Assembly (NCBI GenBank): GCA_039794085.1
Contig: JBDIWC010000010.1
Span: 29,210 to 93,209, forward strand
Reading direction: 5' to 3'
DNA from: Gemmatimonadales bacterium
Lineage (GTDB): Bacteria > Gemmatimonadota > Gemmatimonadetes > Gemmatimonadales > GWC2-71-9
DNA: 64,000 nt
A program made the position numbers and the translations under genes. Below, in pieces: positions 41,618 through 52,000 of the stretch. Under the pieces are notes generated by a model that saw only the letters and a program-made list of their open reading frames with translations, was not told where the DNA came from and made no database searches. Each line of letters starts with the position of its first letter. Positions within the stretch are counted from its first letter, which is position 1.

Positions 41618-41949
41618 ACGAGAGATCGGCGTCTGCATCACGTGGGATGAATCCCGCGCGATGCACCGTCGGTGACCGGCGCTGAAGCGCCTGCCCCCCC
41701 CCGCGCGCCGGATCGGATGTCAGCCGGGGTTCAGGCCCGGTTGACCTGCCCTTCAGGGCATTCACGCGCAGCGTGCATCGCGTCGGTTTCAACCGACGTG
41801 AACGCGGGGGACCGACCGGTTGGGCACGGCCGCGCCGTGCCCCATCATGACGCAACCCCGTTGGGGTTGATGGTGGTTTCTGATTCCGAACCCGGGGTAG
41901 GCGCTGCGAGCCAACCCCGGGCGATGACAACACAACCCCTTCGGGGTTG
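41618..41949 (+). repeat. About 330-bp composite REP-like element, copy 1
   Basis: Closely similar direct repeat of 42978-43306; multiple internal palindromes. Confidence 0.9.
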
Positions 41950-42197
41950 GTGGCCGCTCATTCCCTCGGAAACCCTGCGACACCAGCGGTCCGAGGCGAT
42001 GGTCGCAAGGGCGCGACGGTGCATGGAGTCCACGGGGGATCCCAATCCCACCGTGAAGAGGGGAAGGGGCTCGAAGTGACAACTGACAACTGGACCTGGC
42101 GCATCGGATGTCCTACGAAACAAAATGCCCCAACGGGACATCGTGGCCCCCAGCCCGGGGTTGCGGGCAGCTCCGATCCGGAAGGTGGTGACCGGGG

Positions 42198-42713
42198 TTA
42201 GACTGCGTCAATGCGGCTGACGCTTGTTTCCAGTCCGCCCCAATAGGCGCCGGACAGGGCCACGATGCGCAGGATCCACTCGCCCCGGAGGAAGCAGTAG
42301 TGGTGCCGAACGACCGGCACCTCGTGAAACTCGTCCTCCTCCCACCGCGGCTGCCAGCCATCGGCCTCAGCCAAGGCTGCGTACTCCTCTGCCACCTGCC
42401 TGACCGCGTCGAGAACCTGTTGTTGTGCCCACTCCTCGGACCACGTGGCACGGGAGGGCCCCTCCTCCGCCGTGATGCTCTGAGGACCCCGGCGGAGTTC
42501 AGCGAAACGACCCTCCGCCTGCTCGGGCCGGGACGGCAGGTCGCGTTCGAGCTCCGGATCAAACGCGACACTCCAGGAACAGTAAATCTCGCTCTCGGTG
42601 CGGCCCCACATGCCGGGCAGCAGCGGAAGGAAGGGAAGCTCGGCGGGAAGATCAGGAGGCGGCTCCGTCGACGGAGGGATGAACCACTTCAGCTCAACGA
42701 TGGGAAGGTTCAT
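42198..42713 (-). CDS. Hypothetical acidic protein between the two 330-bp repeats
   Basis: ORF with SD-like GGGAG before ATG at 42713; no recognised motif. Confidence 0.55.
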   Translation of the reverse strand: MNLPIVELKWFIPPSTEPPPDLPAELPFLPLLPGMWGRTESEIYCSWSVAFDPELERDLPSRPEQAEGRFAELRRGPQSITAEEGPSRATWSEEWAQQQVLDAVRQVAEEYAALAEADGWQPRWEEDEFHEVPVVRHHYCFLRGEWILRIVALSGAYWGGLETSVSRIDAV

Positions 42714-42977
42714 GGAATCAAGCTCCCGGTAGACATGGTCCGACGATGACAAGGTGACCCGCGCAAGCCGGTCACGGAGGGGCCGGGGGACGATCGAGGG
42801 ATCCCGGATCGGTGAGCCCTCCGGAATATTACCACTCTCCGGCCCAATCCGGTGGCCCTGGGTGGACCCGTACCTTCCCAGGGGACCCGGGGCTCGGGTG
42901 CTCGGCGATGCCTGATGCCCCAACGGGGCATCGTGGTCCCCAGCCCGGGGTTGGCGCGCAGCGCCGCCGTGCGCCTA

Positions 42978-43356
42978 CGAGAGATCGGCGTCCGGGTCAC
43001 GCGGGATGAATCCCGCGCGATGCACCTTCGGTGACCGGCGCTGAAGCGCCTGCCCCCCGCGCGCCGGATCGGATGTCAGCTGGGGTTCGGGCGCGGTTGA
43101 CCTGCCCTTCAGGGCATTCACGCGCAGCGTGCATCGCGTCGGTTTCAACCGACGTGAACGCGCGGGACAGACCAGGGCAGGGCACGGCAGCGCCGTGCCC
43201 CATCCTGACGCAACCCCGTTGGGGTTGATTACGGTTCGGGATGCCAACCCGGGGTAGGCACTGCGCGCCAACCCTGGGCTATGACGACGCAACCCCTTCG
43301 GGGTTGCTGGTGGTTTCGATACGGTTGGTAGGGGCACGGCGCCGCCACGCCCCTAC
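42978..43356 (+). repeat. About 330-bp composite REP-like element, copy 2, followed by a GTAG-type REP
   Basis: Direct repeat of 41618-41949; GTAGGGGCACGGCGCCGCCACGCCCCTAC at about 43328-43356. Confidence 0.9.
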
Positions 43357-43359
43357 TGC

Positions 43360-43788
43360 TCATGTGCCTTCGAGTGACACCCGGTACCATGGAGTCGGGG
43401 CGTCCGGAACCTTCGTGGCGGTTATCGACACCACGGCACAATCATCCTCGATGGCCACGGTCCGGGATGGATGAATGCCCGCAAGCTCAGCCGCGTTCCA
43501 CCGAGCATCCTGCCTGATTCTCGGGTCTGCGCCCATGAGCCCATCGCACACGCCGGTGATGAAGTTGTCGAGGTCGCCAACCTGACGGCCGGGGAGGGCG
43601 GGGCAGTGGAGTTCCAGAGAAAGGGAGATGTCGGACCGGAACGGTGGTTGCCCGGCCATTGCCTCAACGGCCGCTCGGCGAAGCGCGATCAACCGCGGCA
43701 CCTCAGCCCGCTTGGCCCACATCGAGTTCGCCCCATCCTTCTTCGGAGGGAGATCCCCTTCGACGAGGAACTCAACCTGACGCCTCAC
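43360..43788 (-). CDS. RusA-like endodeoxyribonuclease
   Basis: GDLDNF...CDGL and IEDD..V acidic motifs in a 142-aa protein. Confidence 0.6.
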   Translation of the reverse strand: MRRQVEFLVEGDLPPKKDGANSMWAKRAEVPRLIALRRAAVEAMAGQPPFRSDISLSLELHCPALPGRQVGDLDNFITGVCDGLMGADPRIRQDARWNAAELAGIHPSRTVAIEDDCAVVSITATKVPDAPTPWYRVSLEGT

Positions 43789-44974
43789 TCGTGACAGTCC
43801 TGGTGAGGGCTGAGGAGCCCCCGGAAGCGCTCCTCGATCTTTGCCTGCATCCGGTCACGCAAGTCCTGCAGCGGCTGCCATCTGCGACTGCCGTCCGGCT
43901 GAACGCCACGGAATTTCCAAGCACGAAGCCCGCCACGCCACCGGGCGCCAGGTGATGCACTATGTGCTGCACCCACGCGAAGTTGGCGTTGCCTGCCGGC
44001 GGCGTGCCGTACTGCCATCGCTTGTCGTCCTTGAGGCGCTCACCGCCCCAGTCGGAGATGTTGAAGGGGGGATTGGCGAGGATGAAGTCGGCCTTGAGAT
44101 CGGGGTGGCGGTCGGCGTGGAAGGTGTCCCCATGGGCGATCTGGCCGTCGATGCCGCGGATGGCGAGGTTCATCTTGGCGAGCCGCCAGGTGGTGTAGTT
44201 CGACTCCTGGCCGTAGATCGAAATGCTGCGTCCCGAGCGAAGCGAGGGATCCCCTGTTGCCGCGCCTCCGTTTCCGTTGCCGTTCGCGTGGGCCCGGATG
44301 AACTCCACCGACTGCACGAACATCCCGGAGGAGCCGCAGCAGGGGTCGTACACCCGGCCCCGGTACGGTTCGATCATCTCGACCAGGAGCTTGACCACGC
44401 AGCGTGGGGTGTAGAACTCGCCCCCCTTCTTCCCCTCGGCGCTCGCGAACTGGGAGAGGAAGTACTCGTAGACCCGGCCGAGCACATCCTTGGCCCGGGA
44501 TTCCTCATCGCCGATCCGGATGTTGCTGATCAGGTCGATCAACCGGCCGAGGACGGTCTTGTCGAGCCCCTGGCGGGCGTAGTCCCGGGGGAGGACGCCC
44601 TTGAGGGCGGGGTTGTCCCGCTCGATGCCGGCCATGGCGTCGTCCACCAAGCGTCCGACGGTGGGTTGCCGGGCCTGGGCCTTGAGGTGCTGCCAGCGGG
44701 CCTCGGGCGGTACCCAGAAGATGCTCTGGGCCCGGTACTCGTCCGGGTCCTCGGGGTCGGCGCCGGTGGCCTGCTCGGCGATGAGCCTGGCGTGGTGCTC
44801 CTCGAAGGCGTCGGAAATGTATTTGAGGAAGATGAGCCCCAGGACGACGTGCTTGTACTCCGCGGCGTCCATGCTGCCGCGGAGGGCATCGGCCATCTGC
44901 CAGAGCTGGGCCTCGTAGCCGACGTTGGCGGAGGTCGTGGTGGATTTCTTCGGGCTGGTCTTGCGCTTAGCCAA
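43772..44974 (-). pseudogene. hsdM: Type I RM methyltransferase HsdM, 3'-truncated near 43917
   Basis: [32 protein letters not shown]; homology ends at AGFVL; no hsdS/hsdR in window. Confidence 0.88.
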
Positions 44975-44991
44975 TGGTTACCTCATCGGAT

Positions 44992-45057
44992 CGGGAGGAT
45001 GACGTCGCGTTACTTGCCGCGGACGTAAAGATCGCGGAGGACGTCGTCGGCGATGCC
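44992..45057 (-). pseudogene. Micro-fragment of a second HsdM subfamily N-terminus with a nonsense codon
   Basis: GIADDVLRDLYVRGK*RDVILP, resembling the GIADDVLRD.YVRGKYRDVILP HsdM start. Confidence 0.65.
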
Positions 45058-45061
45058 CCCG

Positions 45062-45112
45062 ATGCCGAAGTATGTTGCCTGGGACGTCCATCAAGCAACC
45101 ACGGTGGCTTCG
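45062..45112 (+). mobile_element. Micro-fragment resembling an IS110-family transposase N-terminus
   Basis: MPKYVAWDVHQATTVAS, like the Y-V-x-x-D-V-H first catalytic strand. Confidence 0.45.
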
Positions 45113-45113
45113 C

Positions 45114-46179
45114 TCACGAACCGCCCCCCTTTGGCTTCCGGCGGCGAGGAGGTTTCTCCAGCCGTCTCACCTCCTCGACCGCCCGATCAAAGTCGCTCGT
45201 CGGTTGTACCGCCTCCAGCCGCCGACGCTCGGCTTCGTGCTTCTCGAACTCCGCCAGGGCGTGTTGTTCGGCCAGGTCGTGCGACACGCTCCCCGCATGC
45301 GTCAGAACGTCTCGCTCATTGAACTGGAGAAAGGCGTCCAGCCGCTCGACCCACTCGACCATGTGAACTGGTCGTTTGCGTCGCGCCTGATCCTCGGCGA
45401 AATCGAGGTACATTGTGACGACACGATTGAGCTCGCGAATCTCGTCTTCGTTGAGGTAGTTCTTCGCCACAGTGACATCGGCACGACGAATCGGCCCGCC
45501 GGGAGCGTTCTTCCAGGTTGTCAGGCCCATCCGGGGATGGGAGGCGTCTGCGCGTTCAGCGATGAGTCTCGGCGGCGGTGCGGCCGTGAATGGCCCAATG
45601 CAGTTTGTTCTGGACGGTTGCGAAGAAGGTCTGACTGACGGGGTGCGCGGGGTCGTAGTCGATGCTCGTGGCGTAGATGTCGGTGATCTTCTGGTAGAAC
45701 ATCCGCTCGGAGGCGCGGATGTCACGGATCCGCTCCAGCAGTTCGTCGAAGTAATCCTCTCCCAGCGTGCGTCCTTCCTTCAGGCGTTCGTCGTCGAGCA
45801 CGAAGCCCTTGATCAGCAACTCGCCGAGCCGGGCCGTGGCCCACTGCCGGAAGGTCGTGCCGCGGGCGGAACGGACCCGGTATCCGACGGCCAGGATGGC
45901 CTCAAGGCTGTAATGGTCGATGGACCTCGTGACATCGCGCGATCCCTCGCGTTGAACTATTCGGAAACTCCGAAGAGTTGCATCCCGGGACAGTTCTCCG
46001 TCTCCGTAAATGCCTGCCAGGTGCTCGTTTACGGTCGGCACCGAGACCTGGTACAGCTCGGCGATGAGACGCTGAGGGAGCCAGACCATCTGCCCCTGGA
46101 CACGGACGTGAAGGCGAGTCGCACCATCCTGGTAGATGACGATCTGGCCAGATCCGTGAGGAAGGGAGTCACCTGCCAT
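45114..46179 (-). pseudogene. rhuM: RhuM-family protein split by a single extra base at about 45567
   Basis: VGYRVRS.RGT.FRQWA, QNKLHWAIHG.TAAE then frame switch to LIAERAD..MGLTTW..AKNYL. Confidence 0.85.
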
Positions 46180-46531
46180 CGTCAAACTCCTGCCCCGTTT
46201 TACCCTCGGCGCGCGAATTGGCCTTCACCGCCCGGGCCTTGAGGTGCTGCCACCGGGCCTCGGGCGGCACCCGGAAGATGCTCTGGGCCCGGTACTCGTC
46301 CGGGTCCTCCGGGTCGGCGCCGGTGGCTTGCTCGGCGAGGAGCCTGGCGTGGTGCTCCTCGAAGGCGTCGGAGATGTACTTGAGGAAGATGAGCCCCAGG
46401 ACGACGTGCTTGTACTCCGCGGCGTCCATGCTGCCGCGGAGGGCGTCGGCCATCTGCCAGAGCTGGGCCTCGTAGCCGACGTTGGCGGAGGTCGTGGTGG
46501 CCTTCTTCGAGCTGGTCTTGCGCTTGGCCAA
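46169..46531 (-). pseudogene. hsdM: Second copy of the hsdM 5' end (about 99 codons)
   Basis: 46234-46544 is a near-identical direct repeat of 44677-44987. Confidence 0.88.
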
Positions 46532-46589
46532 TGGCTACCTCATCCGAGTATGCGCGAGTCCGTTTGCGTTCACGTCAAGCGGCGGAACG

Positions 46590-47174
46590 CTAATGAGGAT
46601 ACCGCTCGACCACTGAGTCAAGAGCCGGGAGCGTTGCTATCGCCCGATCAGCCCCCGGAACAAGGCGTCGCATCCGATCACGAGCGTCGAAATATTCGAT
46701 CAGTCCAGAACGTCGGATATTCCCCGCTACACGGAGGTCTGCCCACTCCGTAGATGATCGCCCTTGGCCGTTGCCGGCTATGCCCACAAAGGTAGCAGTC
46801 GCCGAACGAGCTAGCGTCGTCATCGCGGGCAGAATGGCCTCATGAACCGTACGAAGGCGATCTGGAGGCACGATCAATTGCAGGTCACCTGGCGCACGCC
46901 CGATAACGCGTCGCGCCTCCTGGAGCGGGCTGGCGAGGCGCGAGGTCCATTCAAGTGTGCTATCAGGTCGCGGGTGGGGGGTGTCCTTGGTCTCTGCCGC
47001 GCTAGCCTGCTGCCGAAACAACCTTGTCGCGAGACTGTCGATAGCAAGGGCTGCCAGGGCTGCCTCGTCACCGATGGCGACAGCCCTCGTCGCGTATTCG
47101 AGTTCCGGACCGGGACCGCAAGCAATCAGTAGCGAGAGTGCCACGACGACGATGCGAGCGAGCATACGTTCCAT
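46590..47174 (-). CDS. Hypothetical lipoprotein
   Basis: Signal peptide ending LLIAC; lower GC than core genes. Confidence 0.6.
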   Translation of the reverse strand: MERMLARIVVVALSLLIACGPGPELEYATRAVAIGDEAALAALAIDSLATRLFRQQASAAETKDTPHPRPDSTLEWTSRLASPLQEARRVIGRAPGDLQLIVPPDRLRTVHEAILPAMTTLARSATATFVGIAGNGQGRSSTEWADLRVAGNIRRSGLIEYFDARDRMRRLVPGADRAIATLPALDSVVERYPH

Positions 47175-47205
47175 CCTTTAGACCGCATAACCCATATGAA
47201 CGAGC

Positions 47206-47544
47206 CTATTCGGTGCCACAAGCGAGAATCCGCTTGCAGAGTGACAACAGCAGAGACGCGTCTTGCTCGAGAGTGCGAAACTGCGCTCTGCCAATAGTCG
47301 CGGCGATGGTGCCCTCTTCGCCGCGCGTGGTGAGACGAGTAACGCGGTCACGCAGCTCGCGGTGATCCTCGCGGATTCGATCTCTATTCGGCAACTGATC
47401 CCCGGGAAGCATAAAGAACTCTTGATCGATGAGTAACATGCGCTGGCGTAGGTTCCGCGCGTCTGTGACCATGGTCTCCATTGCGGAAGCAGCTAGTTGG
47501 CGCGCCCGCGTATATCGTAGTCCGTGCTCCCCATATCTCACCAT
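47206..47544 (-). CDS. Hypothetical protein, possibly 5'-truncated next to the IS3 remnant
   Basis: Helical ORF in low-GC segment; start uncertain. Confidence 0.4.
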   Translation of the reverse strand: MVRYGEHGLRYTRARQLAASAMETMVTDARNLRQRMLLIDQEFFMLPGDQLPNRDRIREDHRELRDRVTRLTTRGEEGTIAATIGRAQFRTLEQDASLLLSLCKRILACGTE

Positions 47545-47566
47545 CTGGACTCCGTTGTAGGCCGAA

Positions 47567-47716
47567 CTAACGCTCCAGTGAGTGCCCCGCTGCCACCAAC
47601 CGAACGGTCTCCTGCTTTAACGTCGGGCTGAACGAGCGCTGCTCCCGGGCCATAAGACACCTCCTCCCTCACAACCTGAGGTATACGGAGGTGTCCATCA
47701 AATCGAGGTAGAGTCA
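47567..47716 (-). mobile_element. IS3-family remnant: left inverted repeat and truncated orfA
   Basis: TGACTCTACCTCGATTTGATGGACAC end, SD GGAGG, then MAREQRSFSPTLKQETVRLVAAGHSLER-stop (47653-47567). Confidence 0.7.
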
Positions 47717-47750
47717 AATCAAACGTAGGGGCCTCAGTAGCACGCATGGG

Positions 47751-48596
47751 CTATGGTGTTGTCTTGGGGGGAGCGTCCTTGTGCGGCTCCCCGGGTAGTG
47801 AACTCATGCTCGATACTGAGATGGGTGCACAATGAACCGGTGTGGGAAGTTCCGGGAGGTGCCGTGCCCTGTCGATCAGGTCTGGAACGGTCATGAATAC
47901 CAGCTTGGCCAATGCACCGATCAGTACGGCACGCTTCCCCCATTTCTCAAACCCCGGCCAAATGTCATATGTTCCAACCACAGAAGGATTCGTCCTGTAC
48001 GGGGCAATGATCTCCGCATGAACGATCCAGTCACGCGCAGCCGCGTCCGATGCTTCGGCCACCGCTGCTGGTCCGCGGAGCGGATACTCCCACATGGCGC
48101 GGCGGGCCAAGTTGACTTGGGACATAAGAAAGTCAATGATCTCTGGAGGGAGGCCCGCGCTATCGTATCCCAGGACGAGACTATCCAATTCTGACAAGGC
48201 CTTGTGGCGGTCGGCCTCCTCGAGTTCGGGGCCATCGTGATCAAGAAATTCTGGCAATGCTCTCAGAACGGAAAGCGCTTCGGGCCTCAAATGTTGTGTC
48301 ACGAGTCCCCACTTGGCTCCCAGATTGCGCGCGTTGAGGGCATTTCCTACGTTCGTAACACAGTCAGCCCAGATATCAGCTGGGATGCTTTTGGCAAGCA
48401 AGCCCTCTTTCATTAACCGGAGTTGAGAGCGCATTATTCCCAGGCATGAGGCGACTTTGAAGTCACGATCATCACGTTCTTCTTCCGGTAACTCGAAAAT
48501 CATTGCCCAAGCGTCCGCCGACACCGGTCCGTCACCGGTCTCGGAAGCCTTCTGGACAACCCGAAACAGTCGTGAGGCAACGTTTGAGCGGCTCAT
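47751..48596 (-). CDS. Hypothetical low-GC helical protein (281 aa)
   Basis: SD AAGGAG, intact ORF, composition unlike host core genes. Confidence 0.7.
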   Translation of the reverse strand: MSRSNVASRLFRVVQKASETGDGPVSADAWAMIFELPEEERDDRDFKVASCLGIMRSQLRLMKEGLLAKSIPADIWADCVTNVGNALNARNLGAKWGLVTQHLRPEALSVLRALPEFLDHDGPELEEADRHKALSELDSLVLGYDSAGLPPEIIDFLMSQVNLARRAMWEYPLRGPAAVAEASDAAARDWIVHAEIIAPYRTNPSVVGTYDIWPGFEKWGKRAVLIGALAKLVFMTVPDLIDRARHLPELPTPVHCAPISVSSMSSLPGEPHKDAPPKTTP

Positions 48597-48966
48597 GAAA
48601 TGCTCCTTCTACCCCGGGCTACGCATCCATCGCATGTGAAGGTACGGGGCGTTTGCTTGTTAGTCGTTCAAGATCGACAGTCGTTGCGTCAAATTCTCGC
48701 GAAGGGGCAAGGGAGGGCCGAACGGATCGAGGTCTCAGTAAAAGCCCCAGAACATTATCACTTGCCGGACGATCTGGTAACCCCGCGGAGGCCGGGGGGA
48801 TCAGGCAGGGTATTGTGAAAAGTTTCACAAAGCGTGATGGACCGTCCGGGGCTCACCAGGTGGCGTCCGCCACCTCAACTGGCCGAGCAAGGGGCGTCAG
48901 CCCCGGGAACACGACTCAAGGCCGAGCATGTCCGAGCACAAGTGGTCATCGGCCGTGGTCGCCACC

Positions 48967-49003
48967 CGTACGAGTACGTGTACGTGTACGAGTACGGGTA
49001 CGG
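48967..49003 (+). repeat. Hexamer tandem repeat (GTACGN)n
   Basis: CGTACGAGTACGTGTACGTGTACGAGTACGGGTACGG. Confidence 0.8.
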
Positions 49004-49075
49004 ATGCGCCCGAGGGGGGAGGTGCACCGTCGTCATTCCCGCGTGCGCCAAGGCACGGACTAGATTTCCCTCCCG

Positions 49076-52000
49076 ATGCCGACCCCTACCTCCACCTCAC
49101 CCCCCGCCTCGCTCGCCGAGCACGCCGAGCTCCTCCGCGCCGAGTTCGGCATTGAGGGGGAGCTGGTCCCCCTGTCCGCCGACCGAGGCGCCACGTACGC
49201 CATGGTGCAGAACGGGGTGCCGACCCACGTCGTGAAGATCGGCGCCTCACCCACCGACGCCGATCGCGCCCGGCTTGACGTCCAGGCCGGGTTCCTCCGG
49301 TGGGCCCAGGGCACGCTCGGCGCGGTGCAGGTACCCCTCCCGGTGCTCGATCGGCAGGGCAGGGGATGGCACCCTCACGCTGCCCCCGACGGATCGGTGA
49401 CCGCAGTGCAGGTGACCACCTGGGTGCCCGGTGACCCCCTCTCACGATGCCGCGCCCGCACCCCGCCCCTCCTCCGCAGCGCGGGCCGAGCCCTTGCCTC
49501 GGCGACCGTCGCGATGGCCGGGACGCCCGATTCCCTCGCCCCGGGCGTCGGCAGTGCTGCGTCCGGGGATCCCTTCGCCTGGGACCTGCTGCACGCAGGG
49601 TGGATCGTACCGGAACTGGAGGCATCTTCTGACCCGGCGCTCCGTGAGTTTCTCCCCATCGCCCGGCGCTTCGTCGAATCGACCCTTCTCCGCGTCACCC
49701 GTCTCCCACAACAACTCCTCCACAACGACTGGAACGACGACAACATCCTGGTGACCCGCTTGCTGCCGCACGAGGAGCCGCAGGTCACCGGGCTCATCGA
49801 CTTCGGAGACATGGTGCGGGGTCCCGCCGTCGTGGAACTGGCCGTCGGCCTGGCCTACCTGATGCTCGACTGCACCGATCCGCTCGCCGCGGCGTGCCAC
49901 GTCATCGAGGGATACCGCGAACTCCGCCCCTCCCCCCTGGCGGACGAGGAACTGCACCTGCTCTGGGACCTGGTCCGGATGCGCTGGGCCCTGAGCGCGA
50001 TCCACGCCGCGTCGCGGAGGTCAGGCCCGGCGGGTAACGACCATCACCAGGTGAGCCAGGCCCCGATCCGCCGAGCCATCGAGGCCACCCGCGCCGTCCC
50101 CGACGGAGTGGTGCTCGCGGCGTTCCGGAGAGCAGCCGACGTCCCGCCCGTACCCCACCGGGACGCGGTCCTGGCCCACATCCGCAAGACTGCGTTGGAA
50201 GGACGTCTGGTGCCGGTGATGGGAAACCTGATCGGCGCACCTGTCCTTGACCTGAGTGTATCGAGTCCCGACGCCGGCCCCGGAGCCGCGCTCGATGCCG
50301 CCGCCTTTACCCGGTGGATCGACGCCCAGTGTGCCACCCACCCCTCCGGTGCCGCGATCGGCCGGTGGAACGAGCCCCGCCTCCTCTACCAGAGCAGGGG
50401 GTTCGGCGAGGCCGGAGGGGGGACCGTGGGCGGCACCGCGCGCACCATCCACATCGGGCTCGACATCTTCGCCGCCGAGGGGACCCCGGTGCGGGCGCCG
50501 CTCGACGGGGTGGTGTTCACCGTGGCGGACAACGCCGGGGAACTCGACTACGGCCCCACGGTGGTGCTGGAGCATGGGACCTCGGAAGGGCACCGATGCC
50601 ACACCCTGTACGGGCACCTCTCCCGCGGCTGCCTCACGGAACTCACCCCGGGAACCGTTCTCCGGGCCGGCACCCCCTTCGCCACGATCGGCGGGTCTGC
50701 GGTAAACGGCGGGTGGCCTCCGCATCTCCACCTGCAACTGATCCTGACAGCTCCGGACCCCGGGGGAGACTATCCCGGCGTTGCTCCTCCCGACTGGCGC
50801 ACCCTCTGGACCGCGATCTGTCCCAACCCCGCGGTGCTGGCGGGGCTCGAGGAGGAGTCCGTCGCCGCGCAGCCGCTCGACGTCCCGTCGCTGCTCGAAC
50901 GCCGCCACCGGATCACCGGCGCCAATCTCAGCCTCTCCTACGCCGAACCGCTCGTCATCGTCCGGGGAGAGGGACAGTACCTGTACGATCACGAGGGGCG
51001 GCGTTTTCTCGACGGGGTCAACAATGTGGCCCACGTGGGTCATGGTCACCCTCGTGTGGTGGCGGCACTGAGCAGTCAGGCGGCGGTGCTCAACACCAAC
51101 ACCCGGTATCTGCACCCCCGGTTCCTGGAGTACACCGAGCGTCTCACGGCGCTTTTCCCCGATCCGCTGGAAGTCTGCTTCCTGGTCAACAGCGGGTCGG
51201 AGGCGAACGAGCTCGCTCTCCGGCTGGCCCGGGCCGCCACCGGCCGGCGCGGCGTGGTCGCGATGCGGGACGGCTACCACGGCAACACCGGGGCCCTGAT
51301 CGACATCGGCGGCTACAAGCATCTCGGCCCCGGAGGGCAGGGGACGCCGCGTCACGTGCGTCTCCTCGCCACGCCGGGGACGGGTGGTGTCCCCGACGTC
51401 GCCGGGGCGATGAGCCGAGCCTGCGCGGAACTCGCGGAGAATGGCGGCGCGGGGGCCTTTGTCTGCGAGCCGATACTGAGCTGCGCCGGCCAGGTGGTGC
51501 TCCCCCCGGGCTACCTGGAGGCGGCGTGCGCGGCCGCGCGGAGTGCCGGAGCCCTCTGTGTGATCGACGAGGTCCAGACCGGACTCGGTCGGGTCGGCAC
51601 CGCGTGGTGGGCCTTCGAGGAACAGGGGGTCGTTCCCGACATCGTCACCCTCGGCAAGCCCCTCGGCAACGGCCATCCGATGGGCGCCGTTATCACCACC
51701 CGCGCCATTGCGGACGCGTTCGCCAACGGGATGGAGTACTTCAACACCTTCGGCGGCAATCCTGTCTCCTGCGCTGTCGGCCTGGCCGTGCTCGACGTGA
51801 TCGAGGAGGAGGGCCTCCGGGCCCGCGCGGTGCAGCTCGGCGCCCGTCTCCAGAAAGGACTGCTGGAACTCGCCGAGGACCACCCCCTGATCGGCGAGGT
51901 CCGGGGACGGGGTCTCTTTCTCGGCGTGGAGTGTGTCGAGGGGACGGACCGGGCTCCCGCGCCGCGGCAGGCGCGACATCTGGTGGAACGGATGAAGCAG

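Noticed and set aside
41343..43474. Short ORFs overlapping the 330-bp repeats
   Set aside because: They are translations of palindromic repeat DNA and recur in both copies without protein-like features.
42110..47200. Integron cassettes (GTCTAAC at the stop of the 42198 ORF; GTTATGC before the 47174 ORF)
   Set aside because: No complementary attC partner boxes or intI were found; isolated 7-mers are expected by chance.
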